64,000 nucleotides of DNA from Auanema rhodensis (lineage: Eukaryota; Animalia; Nematoda). Position numbers and translations under genes: made by a program. Position 1 is the stretch's first letter. Each line of letters begins with the position of its first letter. The stretch is from the NCBI GenBank assembly GCA_964057225.1, contig OZ059896.1:6386001-6450000 (forward strand), in the 5' to 3' direction. Shown here piece after piece: positions 38,801 through 55,744 of this stretch. The notes under the pieces are model-generated. The model was not told the DNA's origin, did no database searches, and saw nothing but the letters and a program-made list of their open reading frames with translations.

Positions 38801-40227
38801 GTGGTCAAATTCCAATCGAAAGCAACAAAGCAAGATAGAAAAAGAAAAAAGAGTACGGTTCGATTCAACTCTAAACTATCCCGCCCGTTTTCCTTAACAA
38901 CACGTCATATTTTAAAAAATGAACAAACCTAGTAGTGATTTTAACCAAAAATCAAGACCTAAATCCATACAATCAATTAAATAACTGAGATCATCAGCAA
39001 AAAATCTGCAATAATTCGAAAATATATAAATTTACATCCTCAAAATATACCGATGAAGGGCTGCATTTGCTGCACGAACACACATTAAGTATTCATTTCG
39101 AGCCTTTGTGCACTTATAACGGATCATGGCATACTTTTCTTCCCTCTGAAACATTATATCGTAAGAAGAATAATATTTCAAATATTATATTATTATTATT
39201 TATTAAGATATTTTTGATTGAAAACTTACTCGGTTAAAATATTTTGTCAAAGATTTGAGTTTTCTGGAAGGACTTTTCCCTTTGTTTGCTTCTTCATATC
39301 GACGCTTATCGTCTTCTGCTGCTCTTAACTTCTTCTCAACAGCTACTAATTCAGTATGACAGATCTAAAATGGGAAATGTTGAGAGCTTTAAAACAAACC
39401 CTCAGACAAACCTGATAAGTCTTCATTGCTGTTTGCAATTCATTAAGTACCCTGTTAATTTCACTATGAGAAAGTGCACCGATTTCTCGACACTAAATTA
39501 AAAACTAAATTTAAGCAAAAAAATGAAATTATATTTTCATACCCTTTTACTAATTTTTGATAAATCATCACATCTAGAACTTATACTGGCGGTGATAACT
39601 TTTTGATAGAATTCAGCCATAAACTAAAAAAAAAACAATAATAGAGTAGAACAAGAAAAAGGATGTAGAGGTCACTACTATACCTGTTTTTGTTGCGCAG
39701 CCTCGCGGGCATCATCTACTACCTGCTGAAAAACAGATGAAGCACTATGATGAGCCCAGGCATCTCTCCTATAATTAAATTTTGATTATAAACATTAATG
39801 TACGTATTATTCAATTATAATTACAGCATATTCCCTCATAAAAAATTTAGTGTTCCCATTTCCTTAATAAGTTTTCGAACCTTTTTTTTATATTGTTCTA
39901 TATATCCCTTCGTATTCAAAGAAAGAATATGAATAAAAAGAATAAGAGATCTTGCTTAGATTGTCAGTTTCTTTCGATCCCCCTTCTTAATTAAGAAACT
40001 AACACTCAACCACGGAGTTGCACCAGAAAATTTAATAGAATAACTGCTACTTCCACTTGTTTGAGCTTGTACAACAAAGCATTTCTTCTAGGAATTCGAG
40101 GAAAAACGAAACGAAGCGTCTAATGCGATAATCTGGCCATACAAGGACTGCCCTCTACTTAGAGACCAACAAAGGGAGTACGAAGAATTGTTATACTTTC
40201 CATGAAATCTTAGCTATACCCATATGA

Positions 40228-40273
<46 letters not shown>

Positions 40274-42819
40274 ATAATCCGTCACATAATAGTTTTAAAG
40301 ATAACTAATCCTGGCAAACCCTCAGAACTCATTTGTAAAGCCTGGTCGACAACTTTCGTCTTTATATCGACTTGTACTTTACTAAGAAAATTCATCTAAC
40401 ACGATTTACTTGTACCCACAAGACTACTCACAACACTTAAAAATTACAATCAATAAGAGTAGACAAGTATCACTTCGAAAAATACAAAAGCCGTCTGCGT
40501 AATCTATAGCAGCAGTCAACAATCGCATCCTTATTTTAGGACGTAATGAAAGTCTCCCGATTAGGCAAAATCTTCGAATAAAGATGGTATCAAAGCAAGG
40601 ACAAAGCGTAGGATACATCAAGAGGACTGTTGATTTCTCAATTTCCAGGTAGCCGATTTACACGACAGATAGCAGTATTGCCACATCAAAAATTAATATA
40701 AGTTCATTTATCTGACTAAAATACTAACAGAGCAGACACAATGATGTCTGAACAAGCGAGCTTATACACGAAATTTCATAATTATAAGGGAGAGTAAAGC
40801 CATCTAAGCCAAGTGATTGACGTTGACGAATGTGAGGCAAACCAGAGAACAGGATTATTGATTCTTACCACTTTTTCAAAAGGGTAACCACGCTTTCTAC
40901 GCACATCACACACAAAAAAGGAAGAAGCTATGGCAATAAAATCAGAAAGACGAGAACATTACCTATTTTTCTCCGCTTTGTGCCTCTGCATTGTAGCTTT
41001 AGCCAATTTTTCCACACGACTGGCATTCTCTGCTTCTGCTTCACCGCTGCAAATGAAAGAAACAGTAAAAGACATACAATCGAAGACACAGTGACTCTTT
41101 GAAGAAGACATATGTACTTAAAACCAGCTGCGTTCAAAAGATAAATTACTAGCAGACCGAGGGTAAACGAGCCAAATAAATCTTATTTTAAAAATACAAA
41201 ACAGAGTCTGTTGGATATAGGACAAAAAATAAGGTGTCAAATGCGAAATGGAAAATTAATCTTATTAGTAATGTTAAATTTAAATTTAATATAAAAATAG
41301 AGAAAACTCACAGTTTCCTATAAAATTCCTCGAGCTCACTTAGGACAGCTACTTGTGTCTCCGTTCTTTCTCCAACCGATTTAAGCTGCTCAGATAATTG
41401 AGCTCGTATCTCTGAAAAGATCAAATTAATGAGCCTTTACCAATAAAACTGGTTTTTTTTACAAATAAGACTCTAGGATTTTACATAATAAAAGAATCCC
41501 ATTAGTTCCTCGCTCCATTAACATCACAAATCCGCATAAACACTTTGGTTTGCATCCCTAGGTTCGCTTTCCTATCAATTCAATCCCGAACACCTGACAG
41601 GAGAGCCGCCAAGCGAACAACAAGAGACAATCGTAAAATTGAAGTGACTATGTCAAAACTTATAGGTTTATGAAAGCTTTTCACCAATATAGAAGTTAAA
41701 TTGAACACGAATCTGTTTTGAATGTATGATTCCAGCATTCAAAATCATATTCTATAGAAAGTAAACGATATTTCATATAGGATGCATTACTACACTAAAG
41801 ATAAAACAGAAAACAGAGGTTATGCAACGATTCCCCAAGCAAAAATTGTACACGAGATTAACAACTTAAAATCAACATAGAATCAAAGTCAAGAAACACT
41901 ACCTTGAATTTGAGATGTCTGATGGTCTAGGCTCAACGCAGCACATAAGGGCATCTTTAAACTCATATTGAAATATAGAAGATCTTGGAACAGCCAACAG
42001 AATAACTACACGCACTCCCGTATTACATCACACTGAATGGAGCTCGGGAGAGGAGGGGCTGATCTCTTACACTATACACGTGTATACACACACCTTGCAG
42101 GCTTACACTCAATACCCTCATCATTCTTAGGAATATCAAAATGTTAAATTATAATAGGTTTATATTAAAATATTGATTTTGATTCGAAATATTAGTCCAT
42201 AATGAAATGATGGGAAAGAGTTCTAAACGCAATTGCTGCTGTCCCTCATACATCTTCTCTTCCCAGTGCCATGTGTTAAAAATTATTTGATTTTCTGTTG
42301 AGTCTAGCAGATATCTCCAGAAAACAAAAGACTTGCATGACCCGGAGCACCCTTATAGAAGATCCTCTGTATTATTGGCGAAGAGGATGAGGCCACACGA
42401 TTATACAACATATATATGCTCCGGAATGTCAGAGATGAATCAGCTTTTATAAAAAAAAAACAAAAATCGTTGTTCGCTATTCGATATATTGAGAAAACAA
42501 GCAGATAATTTTGTATTGAAATTTTACAACAAACCTTTCACTTGTACATCAAATTCGTGCAGGATAAGCTTATCGTGCTTGGCAGGCGTCATTTTTCTGG
42601 TCTCCAATGCAGCTGAAGGCCCCGAAGACGAATCTGTGGAGATTCGCTCATTTTCTTTGTTTTCCATTGTATATCGCGAATCTAATTATAAAGAAAATGT
42701 GAATATATGAAGTAGTAGAATATTTATAAGACAAAATGTAGGAGGAATATATGTAAAAAGTTAAATAATTACTTACCAACAATTGTCAAAACACCTTTTT
42801 CCAATGTAGCAATGGGCAT
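35881..42819 (-). CDS. srgp-1: SLIT-ROBO Rho GTPase-activating protein (F-BAR + RhoGAP)
   Basis: F-BAR N-terminus (FDVQVKEIRAQLSEQLK..ELEEFYRK; KCTKARNEYLMCVRAAN; HATFMLPKQFEF) and RhoGAP domain (IPLVV..LRNQGLFRISGSQSEI; NSVAGVLKLYLREL; ENMMEPHSLAICFGPTLLPIPEGKDQV), then a Ser-rich tail to TAA at 35881. First exons 42777-42819 and 42535-42681 are in phase. Confidence 0.92.
40231..40266. repeat. (TA)18 microsatellite in a srgp-1 intron
   Basis: Perfect TA run. Confidence 0.95.
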
Positions 42820-45132
42820 TCAAGAAATTAGATTCCATGCAAATTATTACAAATTCAGAATTCTTCTGCAATTATAAATAATCAACATCAACAATAACAT
42901 CAGAGTATCAGAATAACGATGTTTCAAATATGAAATAATGTTGAGACATAGACCAATGAGGTTTTAAAAAATAGAAACGGAAAAAACAACTAAAAAATGC
43001 GAATAGGTCTAAACTCCACAAAGGACACCAAAGTTATCGTTTCGATTTGGCCTCATAAAAAAATCATAGCTCAATGATCCAACCAAAAAAAATGATATAA
43101 ACTATTTAGAATATTTAGGTCATATGTTAGCAACATATGGATGTTCAAAGGCTTTGTTGAGTTAGTTGGTTTGAACCAGCCAACAGCAGTCCATCACTGC
43201 TCAGACTAGACGAATGGGCGGAGTTACGTTTAGGCTGAGAATAACAAACGAAGAAAAACGAAATGACTCAGTGGGTGTAGTCAGCTCACGATCCACTAAA
43301 TTTCACGGAGATGCGTTGACATGCATATGGACAAGCATCCCACAGTTTTAACGCATGTCATATGTAACGAACAGGACTAGACAGAAGATAACAACAGGTT
43401 ATGTCAGAATTTAAGGCATACAATAATAATTGAGTAAAAGAAATATACGGCGATATAGTGGGAGCAAAGCGTCAATTACAATCATGGGAAAATGATTATT
43501 GTTGTCTAAGGAAAAATATGTAAGCATTGAAACATAACATATGTTTATTTTTCCATAAAAGGAAATTATGAACATTTTAATAAAGCTAAACAAAATTTTT
43601 TAGAATGTTTCGAGCATTTCTAACAAGCATTAAGATAAGCTAGTACGGACGAATTGCTATAATACAAAACAAACAGGCTTCTTCTACTAATCAATGCAGT
43701 ACCATGCTCTTTGCAAACAGAAAATAGGCTTATCGTTAATAGGAACAGCTATGAAAAAATAACACTATCGGAGATATGACACTAACGATAATGGAAACCA
43801 GTAAACCTGTCATAATATAGAAAAGTTGCAAAGCATTCAATGATAATTCAGCAGTTAGCCTAATAAGAGCAAATGGTAAAAATTCTCACTAAATAATTCA
43901 TTCACAAAGATTAATCAAGAGTGGTTAGTCAAATGAAGTGTCCCAGGGAGATGGCAAAGGGCCGCGGGACAGCACTATTCATTCATAAGAGAAACCCATT
44001 CAACACCTACAGTGCTTAATAGGACGGATATAACAGTACAAGGTCGATAGATGTCTCCGTTTGTAGACAAGAGTGCTGAGTTCCGTCCAATGTTCGATAA
44101 TATTGTGGAAAAGATCCATCGAGGAGATAAAAGTTGCATGACGCCTCTCGGCTGGTGACGGAATACGAGAAACACTAACGGACAAGGAAACAAAACAAAC
44201 ACTTTGCTAATTCGTTTGCGACCTGTACAACATAAGCCGTGAATTTCTTTGAAATATTCAGAAATATTATTCAAATGTCAAGCGTTCAGTATGTGAATTG
44301 AATTACAAATATCATTTAGAGTTAAAAAAAGAACAGAGTCGAAACTGACAGCAGTTCCTGACAGAATAGGAAATTAAAAATTCAAATAGATTATACTACA
44401 GATTATAACCAATAGATTTAACTAATCATAAAGTAGCTATGAAAGATGAAGATCTATATATCTATATACATACAAATTTTTAAAAAAAAATATATATATA
44501 TATACGTTGCGGTGTAAGCGAAAGTAATAGCTTTTAAGTTGTAGAAGCGGTATAGTTCTTTTCAACAGATAGAATTGTAAAACAAATAAAATACAATTGG
44601 ATGAACAAACAATACATCAGAATAAAAGTTATATTCATAAGTTTTAAGTAAAAGACATTAAAAAATATAAAAGAATTAAGTTAAGCCAAGCACTGGTGTT
44701 CCTCAATTTAAAAAAAGCGTGGGTCTCAGCGGTCATTGGAGTGTCCGTGATAGACTATAGGATTTTGAGAGAATACTAGACAAGTAGAAGTAAAATGGTC
44801 CCACCACGAGGAAAAAAATGAATTGTAGCCTACCCTTTTCGCTATGAATGTGAAATGAATATTATTTAAATTATTGAAGAATAATGAATAGTCAATGTTT
44901 TTTTTTTCATATTTAAAACAATTCAAATATTAATTTAGTACATGGAATTTGAAAATAAACCGGACATGTTATTTACAGCTAGTGAAAAAAAATACATCAA
45001 TATTATTATCACTACTAAATGAAGACCATCAAGCTCGTTTTCCTCGGATATCGTGTCGAAACTGATAAATCTATTCTTCAAATTTCGATGGATATTATCG
45101 TCATGCTCTTGATTCTCGACCCGAATAGAAAA

Positions 45133-47126
45133 TTATTTGTCTAAGATTGACCGGAAACTCTCCAGATAAGAGTTCTTCCGCCCATGTCTAGTTGGTTCTC
45201 GTTCGCTTCTGAAAGAAAGACACAGTGCATAAAGAAGTTAATCACTACAAACTCTTGAACTCTGACAGTGTTTCGTCGGCTAGACAATCTCCCTATTGAA
45301 GTTTCTGCGTCAGATTTATCACCAGCCGATTTATTCATAGAGCTACTATGTGGCATCATCACTACTTCTTGTGTTGTTGACGGCAATCTGGAAAAAAATA
45401 ATGCTGAAAGAAAACGATAGTTGAACAAGATTACTTGATATGGCTGACAGATCCCTGCGGAGGATAGTTTCTGAATTTTGAAGTCTCCTCTGAATATAGT
45501 GGATGAACCTCTTCTTCCCAAAAGGGATCTTTTCTCAATTCCGGCGGACGATTATAACCACGGTCAACAATCATCATTCCCATCTGAAAAATACGATTTC
45601 AAATATAGAGATATGTCGATGAGGCAGATAGGGAATTGATGAAATAATTTTATTTTCATAATGATATAAACATTAATCAAAACTTTACCGTAATGTTGCG
45701 ATCGATTAAGGCATTAGTTTCAAAATCATCGTCATCTTCGCCAAATGGATTTATACATACTTCAATAACCTGTGAATAAATATTTGAAAACGCTTATTCA
45801 GCTAAAGATTCACCTTCATCCAACCCATATAAAAAACAAATTGGAAAAACGTCATAAATGGAAAATATGCATCAATCTAAAAGCAAATAAAATTTCAAAT
45901 AGTCTAGAATCTACTGTGCAGTCATTTTTCTTTACATATTAAAAATGAATTACATATTATTGTATTGGTACACGCTAATAAATGTCTATATTTAAGGATA
46001 AATTCAACATACACTGTCTTTTTCTTGGTGATGTTCGACAATGTATTGTCTGGCAATTAACGCAACCATGAAATGGAGATGTACAGCAAGACAAACAACC
46101 TAAAACAAGAAATCTTCTAAGATCAAAATTATAAAAGTTTACTTGAGGATACATAAGTGGCATTGGTACCCAATCATAATTGAAAACCCATTCGATTTGC
46201 TCACGCCATTTTAAAATTTCCTAAAATACAAAGCAGGAGTTATGTATTATGAATTATATAGGGGAACCTTTTGTAGAGTGGCTTTGAAATAATCACTTTC
46301 AATATGTCCTTGTCGCCAGGCTTGATAGGTCATTGCTAAGGCCCAATTGGCAGGAACCCAATACTTTGGAGTTCGTCCACGATCATCATACTGTTCCAAC
46401 ACCTCTTTCTCATGAGGTAATAAAAAACCTGAAATTAAAACTTAGTGTTAGTAAGTTTGCCAACTAGAAAACCTGCTGCTACTACGGTATCTAATGTTGG
46501 GAATCGTCTACGTGTTCTCATGGATATATCTCGAAATACTAAAACCTGAAATCTTAAAAGCGTTAAATAAGAAAATAAATATTGTTTTACCTGAACTAAT
46601 TCACAATATCTTAAGATATTCCTACGATAACGACGAGCGCGTTCACATGTACCTCGTAAATACAACGCTGTCATCAATCCAACACTAAAAAAAAATAATT
46701 GAATATAGAAATTGAATAGTAAAAAATATAAAAAAAAGCTTCATATATCATACTTATCAATGAATCCAATAGTTTGATACCATTTGGTCCAACGGTTAAT
46801 AATAGCTGTACAAAAGAATCCAAGCACAAGTTCCAATGGGATGTATGATATACGTTTATCGAAATATCTTACAACAGTTTCAAATGTTCTGAAAAAAAAA
46901 GAAAAAAATTATATTTGAAGGTTTTTAATATTTTTTTTATTTACCTTTGTTGACTTTCAGATAAAGCTGTACGATATATGATAGATAAAATGAAATATAT
47001 TACAAGAAAAGTGAATACTTCCATATAGACAGCCTTCCATATGCTAGCTTTCCATTTAAACAAAAGTTTTATAAAAGTTAAAGGACCCGTAGTTTTAATA
47101 ATTTCTTTATGATAGTTAACAGTCAT
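45133..47126 (-). CDS. Bestrophin family chloride channel
   Basis: [22 protein letters not shown]; [18 protein letters not shown]; [10 protein letters not shown]; [15 protein letters not shown] (RFP motif); [14 protein letters not shown]; FYMGW; [19 protein letters not shown]. The 3' end is uncertain (see findings) and the specific best-N paralogue cannot be assigned. Confidence 0.95.
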
Positions 47127-49510
47127 TTTTCTAAAAATAAATTAAAAATAATATAATAATTTCTTAATAAATGGTTAAGTACTCAGGAAGACATGGGGAA
47201 ACACATATGTTCTTAGAGAAGCAAAATGAACCATATCTTAGGAAACAGGATCAAAGTCAAATATGGCGAAAGTTTCTCTCAAATTGGTGAAAGCAAAATG
47301 ATTTTTCAAAATCAAATACACTTAGATTCCAGAAAGGAAATGCGGTAAAGTTATAGCAAATATAACGAATAAATCGCACAATTGTATTGATAAAAAGAAA
47401 GAAAAAACTTCAAATATTTGATGATATACTATCGTTCCAAATGCTCGTAAATTTCTATCAAAATTATAGAGAAAATTTAGAAAAAGAGATACTATGTAAT
47501 ATTAGATTGAAATATAAATTTATATTTAATACATATAAAAGTTTGAGTTAAAATATATAATTTATATGAAAAAACCAAAAAGAAGAAAAAAAAAACAGAA
47601 CAAAGTAATTACAACAACAAAAAAAAAAGAAATGATAGGAAGACAATGTTGAAACTGAAGGAAAATGTCAAAATCGACAGAAAACTACGAAGGTCAGATG
47701 GCTGTCACAAATGATCTTCGACATAAAATAATATTATATATTCGACTAATTTCTAATGAATTAAAACAAACAAAAAAAAATAACTATTGATTCTTGATGA
47801 CTAATAGGAAAATTCATAAATCAACGGGCATGTTTTAAAAATTGTCAGAAAAAGAAATAAATACCACGAAATGTAGAATAGAAAATCGTACTACATAATG
47901 AAAAAAGAATGATTTTCTCTTATTTTGTAATATTGATAATTTAAATTATAAAATCAATACAAATTGTTTAAATTGATTAAGTCTTTTTATTTGTTAAAGT
48001 AGGTTAAATTCTTCAGTTTTTTAAATACATTCTATGAAAGTTCATACTTATTTCAATTTCATTTATCTTTTCTTCTTCCAAAAAAACTTCAAACTACAAT
48101 ATTGATTAGTATTTTTTAAAATTAAGTATACAATTTAAAAATTATTTTGTTTTTCATAGTATATTTACCCTTTATAAATATAATACGAGAGTATTGAAGA
48201 AGCTTTCGAACTACGTTCAATCATGCCGCCAAATATCTGCCAGCAAACGATCTGAAATACTCCATCATCTTATATAATATTCCGCAAATCAAAACTATCT
48301 TATTCCATATGTTCCTCATAGATATCGTATATTTTAATTTTCCGGTTACTATCATTACTAGTCATTCCATTCTCTCTGCATTTCCATTAGTCTCTTATTC
48401 TTTCTGTTTCTCTTCGTCTCTTATTCTATATCTTCCATCTTAGCTCATCTCTCCTTCTTTCTATATATATTACCAGCATCTTTCATCTTTCCCTTTCGGT
48501 CAATTTCAGTCCTCGTTTTGCTCATCGCTTTCTTGACGTCTGCCTTCTGTTGTCATCGTTGTCAGTTTGCCGCATAATCATTTGACCAGATAAGCCAAAC
48601 GACGGATCGCTTTTAGCTTTTTCTGCTAGATTGAACACATTACCGCATACTATTAGGAACAGTTTAATGCAAATGTTTTCTATATAATTATAATTATAGG
48701 TTATACCCTTTATATTATGAAGAAGCTAAAAGAAAAAAATAATATTGAAATTTGTTGTCTGAATGAAGTCAACGAAAATGAGAAAATACATTTTCTTTTA
48801 GGTACACTTTATTCTTTTATTTTTTTTATAAAAAAAAGCTTGAAGTTAAAATATTATGTTTTAGCATTATTATTTGTTTGTTTGTTTATAAACAAATGTT
48901 TTGTTCAAGTTTTTTTCTCAAATTTACTGTAGAAAACGGTTTATTCCTTTACATGTATGGGTCAGAAAGCAGACAGACATTGTTTCTGGTGGAGGACAGC
49001 TATGCCATCTGTCTTTGCTAATCCCTGCCATCGTGCTGTTTTTGCTTCAGACGACTCCGCGAAATGAGTGAACTATCAGACAAAACAGTTCATGAATGTC
49101 AGAGAGTCAGACGATGAAAGCAGAATGGTGAAGTAGGAAACGAGCATGAAAGCAATTCCTTAAGCATGTCATAGCAAGCATCTGAAAAATGGGTGGAGCC
49201 AACGCTACCGTATCCGGCCAAAACAGATGGATGATGATTGTCTGTGAAGACGATAGGAGGAGCAGACGAAGACGAAAGGAGGAGGAGCAGCAGCCCAGAA
49301 ATGGGAAGAAGCCCAGAAGGAGAACTGAAGGACAAGCCTCTACGACAAGCCGTCGTTCATAAGCCTCTTGCTCTGCTGGCTCGTGCTGGCATTTCGTTCA
49401 CAGAAATCCTCACAGGATCAAATTCTTTTCTTGCACCGGGGTCTTCCTGTTAAGCAATTAATCCTTCCCACTCATAAGCCACACACATAGTCGGATCAAC
49501 AGGCTTATTT

Positions 49511-52346
<2,836 letters not shown>

Positions 52347-55300
52347 AATTTAATTTTTTTTGAGCATACATCTTTTAAAAAATTATATTTGCATGTATAT
52401 ACCTATATATTTATATTCATGTAAGTCATTCGGTTTAGAATTCCAAATGAATTCTATATTTTTAATTTTAATTTCCAGTTTTTTAAAAAAAAAAAAAGAG
52501 TTTTTCTTTAATAAATATTTAGCATATGTTTATTTTATATATTTTTTATTTATAAAAGTAGAAAAACTGCTAGAAATACACATAGCCATTCTAAAACTTC
52601 GAAGCTCTAAACGGGAATTTCAGTCAGTTCATGTAAATCAGAGGCATGTACATATGGTGTCTTCGGGAAATATATTATAGAAATCTATATTTTCACTATC
52701 CAGATTAAATATTTTTTTCAAGAAACTAAATTTAGTCTTTACTTAGCTTATTTTCTCCATAGTTTGACTTACCTAATTTACTCTGTGGAGTAACAACATG
52801 ATGCATTGGGAGGAGGGGGAGGGGATAATAAACCCTAAAATATTAAAAATATTGTCAAAAACATGTTGATTTTTATTGATAGAATATCATTTTTCTGTTT
52901 TTTTTAGTTTTGATTATACAATATTATTTGCCAGACTCATTCACCATATTCACCGTAAAATAGCATTGTCAATGCATTTATTAATTTTTTTTTGTCAAAA
53001 AAAAAAGCAAAAGCAACCAATTCACCTTTATTCTTTCCATCTTGATTGGTAACCGCTTGTTTGCTTTCTATAAAATGTTGTAGTTAAGTAATGAAAAGTA
53101 TGTATTTTCTTCTTTTTTCTCTCTTCAGATTGTACTATCTTCTTTCAAATTTAAATAATCCTTACATCTAGTTACTTTTATTATTAGTTGTATTATATAA
53201 ATTAAAACAAATTATTTTCAATTATTATAAATTGAAAATTGTTTTTAAGTAAAGTTTCATTGATCTAAAAATCATTATTTTTCGGTAAAAATGAAATGAA
53301 ACTTCTGTTATAGATTAATCAATATTTGTGACAATTGTTGGGCAAGCAGATTATGTGCTTTATCATTCGCGCACTGTTACTTTATTCATTATATATACTA
53401 TATATGTATCTTATTGAATATATTGAATTAACTATATACTATTAGTTATATATTGATTGATTGATTGATTGAAAAAACTTACTATGAGATTATTTATGAA
53501 TTTAACTTCGAATGTTCAAAAAGATCAAATCATTATTATTAGTACTTTTTTTTCATTTTTATAGTTCATAAATCAGTTTTGTTGAAATAAAAAAAATGAA
53601 ATCAGTAGTCAACCTTTTATATCTGAATATGTGAGTTTGAAGCAGAAAATCAACATAAAACTAGAAGACATGTGTTGTCATAAAACAACGATTGCTTTCT
53701 GAAGTATCAAGAATAAAGAATAGGCACACATCAAACATTTCTATTGTATTCTTTATGAATAAATTGAATTTTCTTAATTCAAGAAATAAAAATTAAAAAA
53801 AAACATCTCATCTTTCATTTAATTCCTCTCTCTTTATTTTTCTAATTTTAGTGATTTGTTCCAGAAGTTTATATTATTTCGTTGTTCAAAAGTGGTCCGA
53901 ATTCTGAGCTGGTTCCCTATTCCTTCTTCGACAGCCTTCTATTTGTTTGTTTTCTTTCTCTCTACCTCTTTCTTTCATTCATAAAATTGTATGCTATTTC
54001 ACAAAAGATCTCTTATTTCTTAGGTTCTCTCTTTAAATTTTCCTCACTTCTCTCATATCAACCAACATCTATTGCAGCAGCTTAGCTTTCTAGCCACCTT
54101 TGATTCCTCACCTCATCTGTATATACAGCTCTCTAATTTTATACAGTTCAATACTAAATTTATTTATAAGACCTTTTCCATATTATTATTTCCAATCAAA
54201 CACTTGAAATTTCAATTTTTTTTATAATTAAATCGTATAAAATACGTACAAAATTACTTTTAAATTTTTTTTTCATGTTTAAAAAAATTTAACTAAATTC
54301 ACTTTGGTAACACGATGAAATTTGAACAAAAACAAGTTTTAGTGCTGCTGTGCCTGTCTGATTTGGAAACCTATTCATGATTTCTGCTATGTGTTTCTCA
54401 TATATATATATATATATATAATATCAGAATATATAATATAATATCAGAGAGAATATGAGAAATTATCAAGAACTATTATCCTTCGTTGGCACTATTCTAT
54501 TGAAGTATTGATGTGCGAAGAATCTGATCATATCTTCTACACAAAGTCTGAAACTTGAGATCTTTTCTGATCCCCTTTTCAATCTTGTATGTAATATTTG
54601 TATGTTGTTCGGCTTCTTGTTGCAGTCTTCTTCGATATTGCTATATTACAACAATTTTTTTAGACTTTTTCTTTCTTTAAGATTAGTTTATCATGGCAAA
54701 TTATTCTGTCGTTGACTCAAAAACGATATTTCAAATAATTTTGTTGTTATGCACCAATCGGTAAAATGTTTTTCTTTCAATTCAGTAGAAATCTCCAGGA
54801 AAGTGAAAATTAATCCTGAAAGCTTTTCATACTTGCTTGCACAGTCACAACTACCCAGAAACTGACGAGAGACTATTTCCAATCACACAATCAGTCTCGG
54901 CCTGACAGCGCAACCGGTTGCCATATTTGGGTTCTGTACTCTGACTCTATCTATATATTTCTGTTTCTACATCGTTCTTTCTTTCTATTTCTTTTACCTC
55001 TCTCTATATTTATCTCTTTTCTCATAATATTTTCTCTAATACTCACCTAAAGTACTATGCACATTGTGGTTTCATTCATGTTAAACTAAGAATGATCCAA
55101 CAAATCTAACAGATTAGTACAAAGAAAAAATAAAGTCAAAACAGTCAATTTTTCTGTTTTTTTGTTGTTGTTGTTTCGCCTAGGATGTTTCATTTTGATT
55201 TCAATACTTCATTCTATTTTCATTTTTTTGTTCATTTCTTCTTCTCCTGAGACTACATTCCATTAAAATATATTATAATCTATAACTATTCTTCATATTA

Positions 55301-55678
55301 TTATAATCCATTCAAATGATCTTTACTATAATCGATTTTTGAAACAATATTTAACTTATATAGACAAAATAAATATGAATTACTGTCATAGTTTATAAAG
55401 AACATAACGAATTCGCTCAAAATAGAATATAATTCAATCACTTTTTCAAGAGATTCTCGCTAAATAATCGATGCTTCATTGGGAAAATTATATATAGATA
55501 AATCGAAATGGAACATCATGTCAACAGGATTCTGTCAAACAATCAAACAAACAGAGAGACACAAAACTGTGCTGCTACGGCTACCAACGCTCACTGGACT
55601 CATATACTGTCCTCTCTCTCTCACTTTCTTTTCTTCTGTCTATATCATTTTTCTCTATTTCTTCCTCTATATTTTTGA

Positions 55679-55680
<2 letters not shown>

Positions 55681-55742
<62 letters not shown>
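55681..55742. repeat. (CT)31 microsatellite
   Basis: Perfect CT run; it explains the spurious SL/RE-repeat ORFs in the track. Confidence 0.96.

Positions 55743-55744
<2 letters not shown>

Noticed and set aside
43229-43236. Isolated TTAGGC hexamer
   Set aside because: A single copy is expected by chance; there is no telomeric array anywhere in the window.
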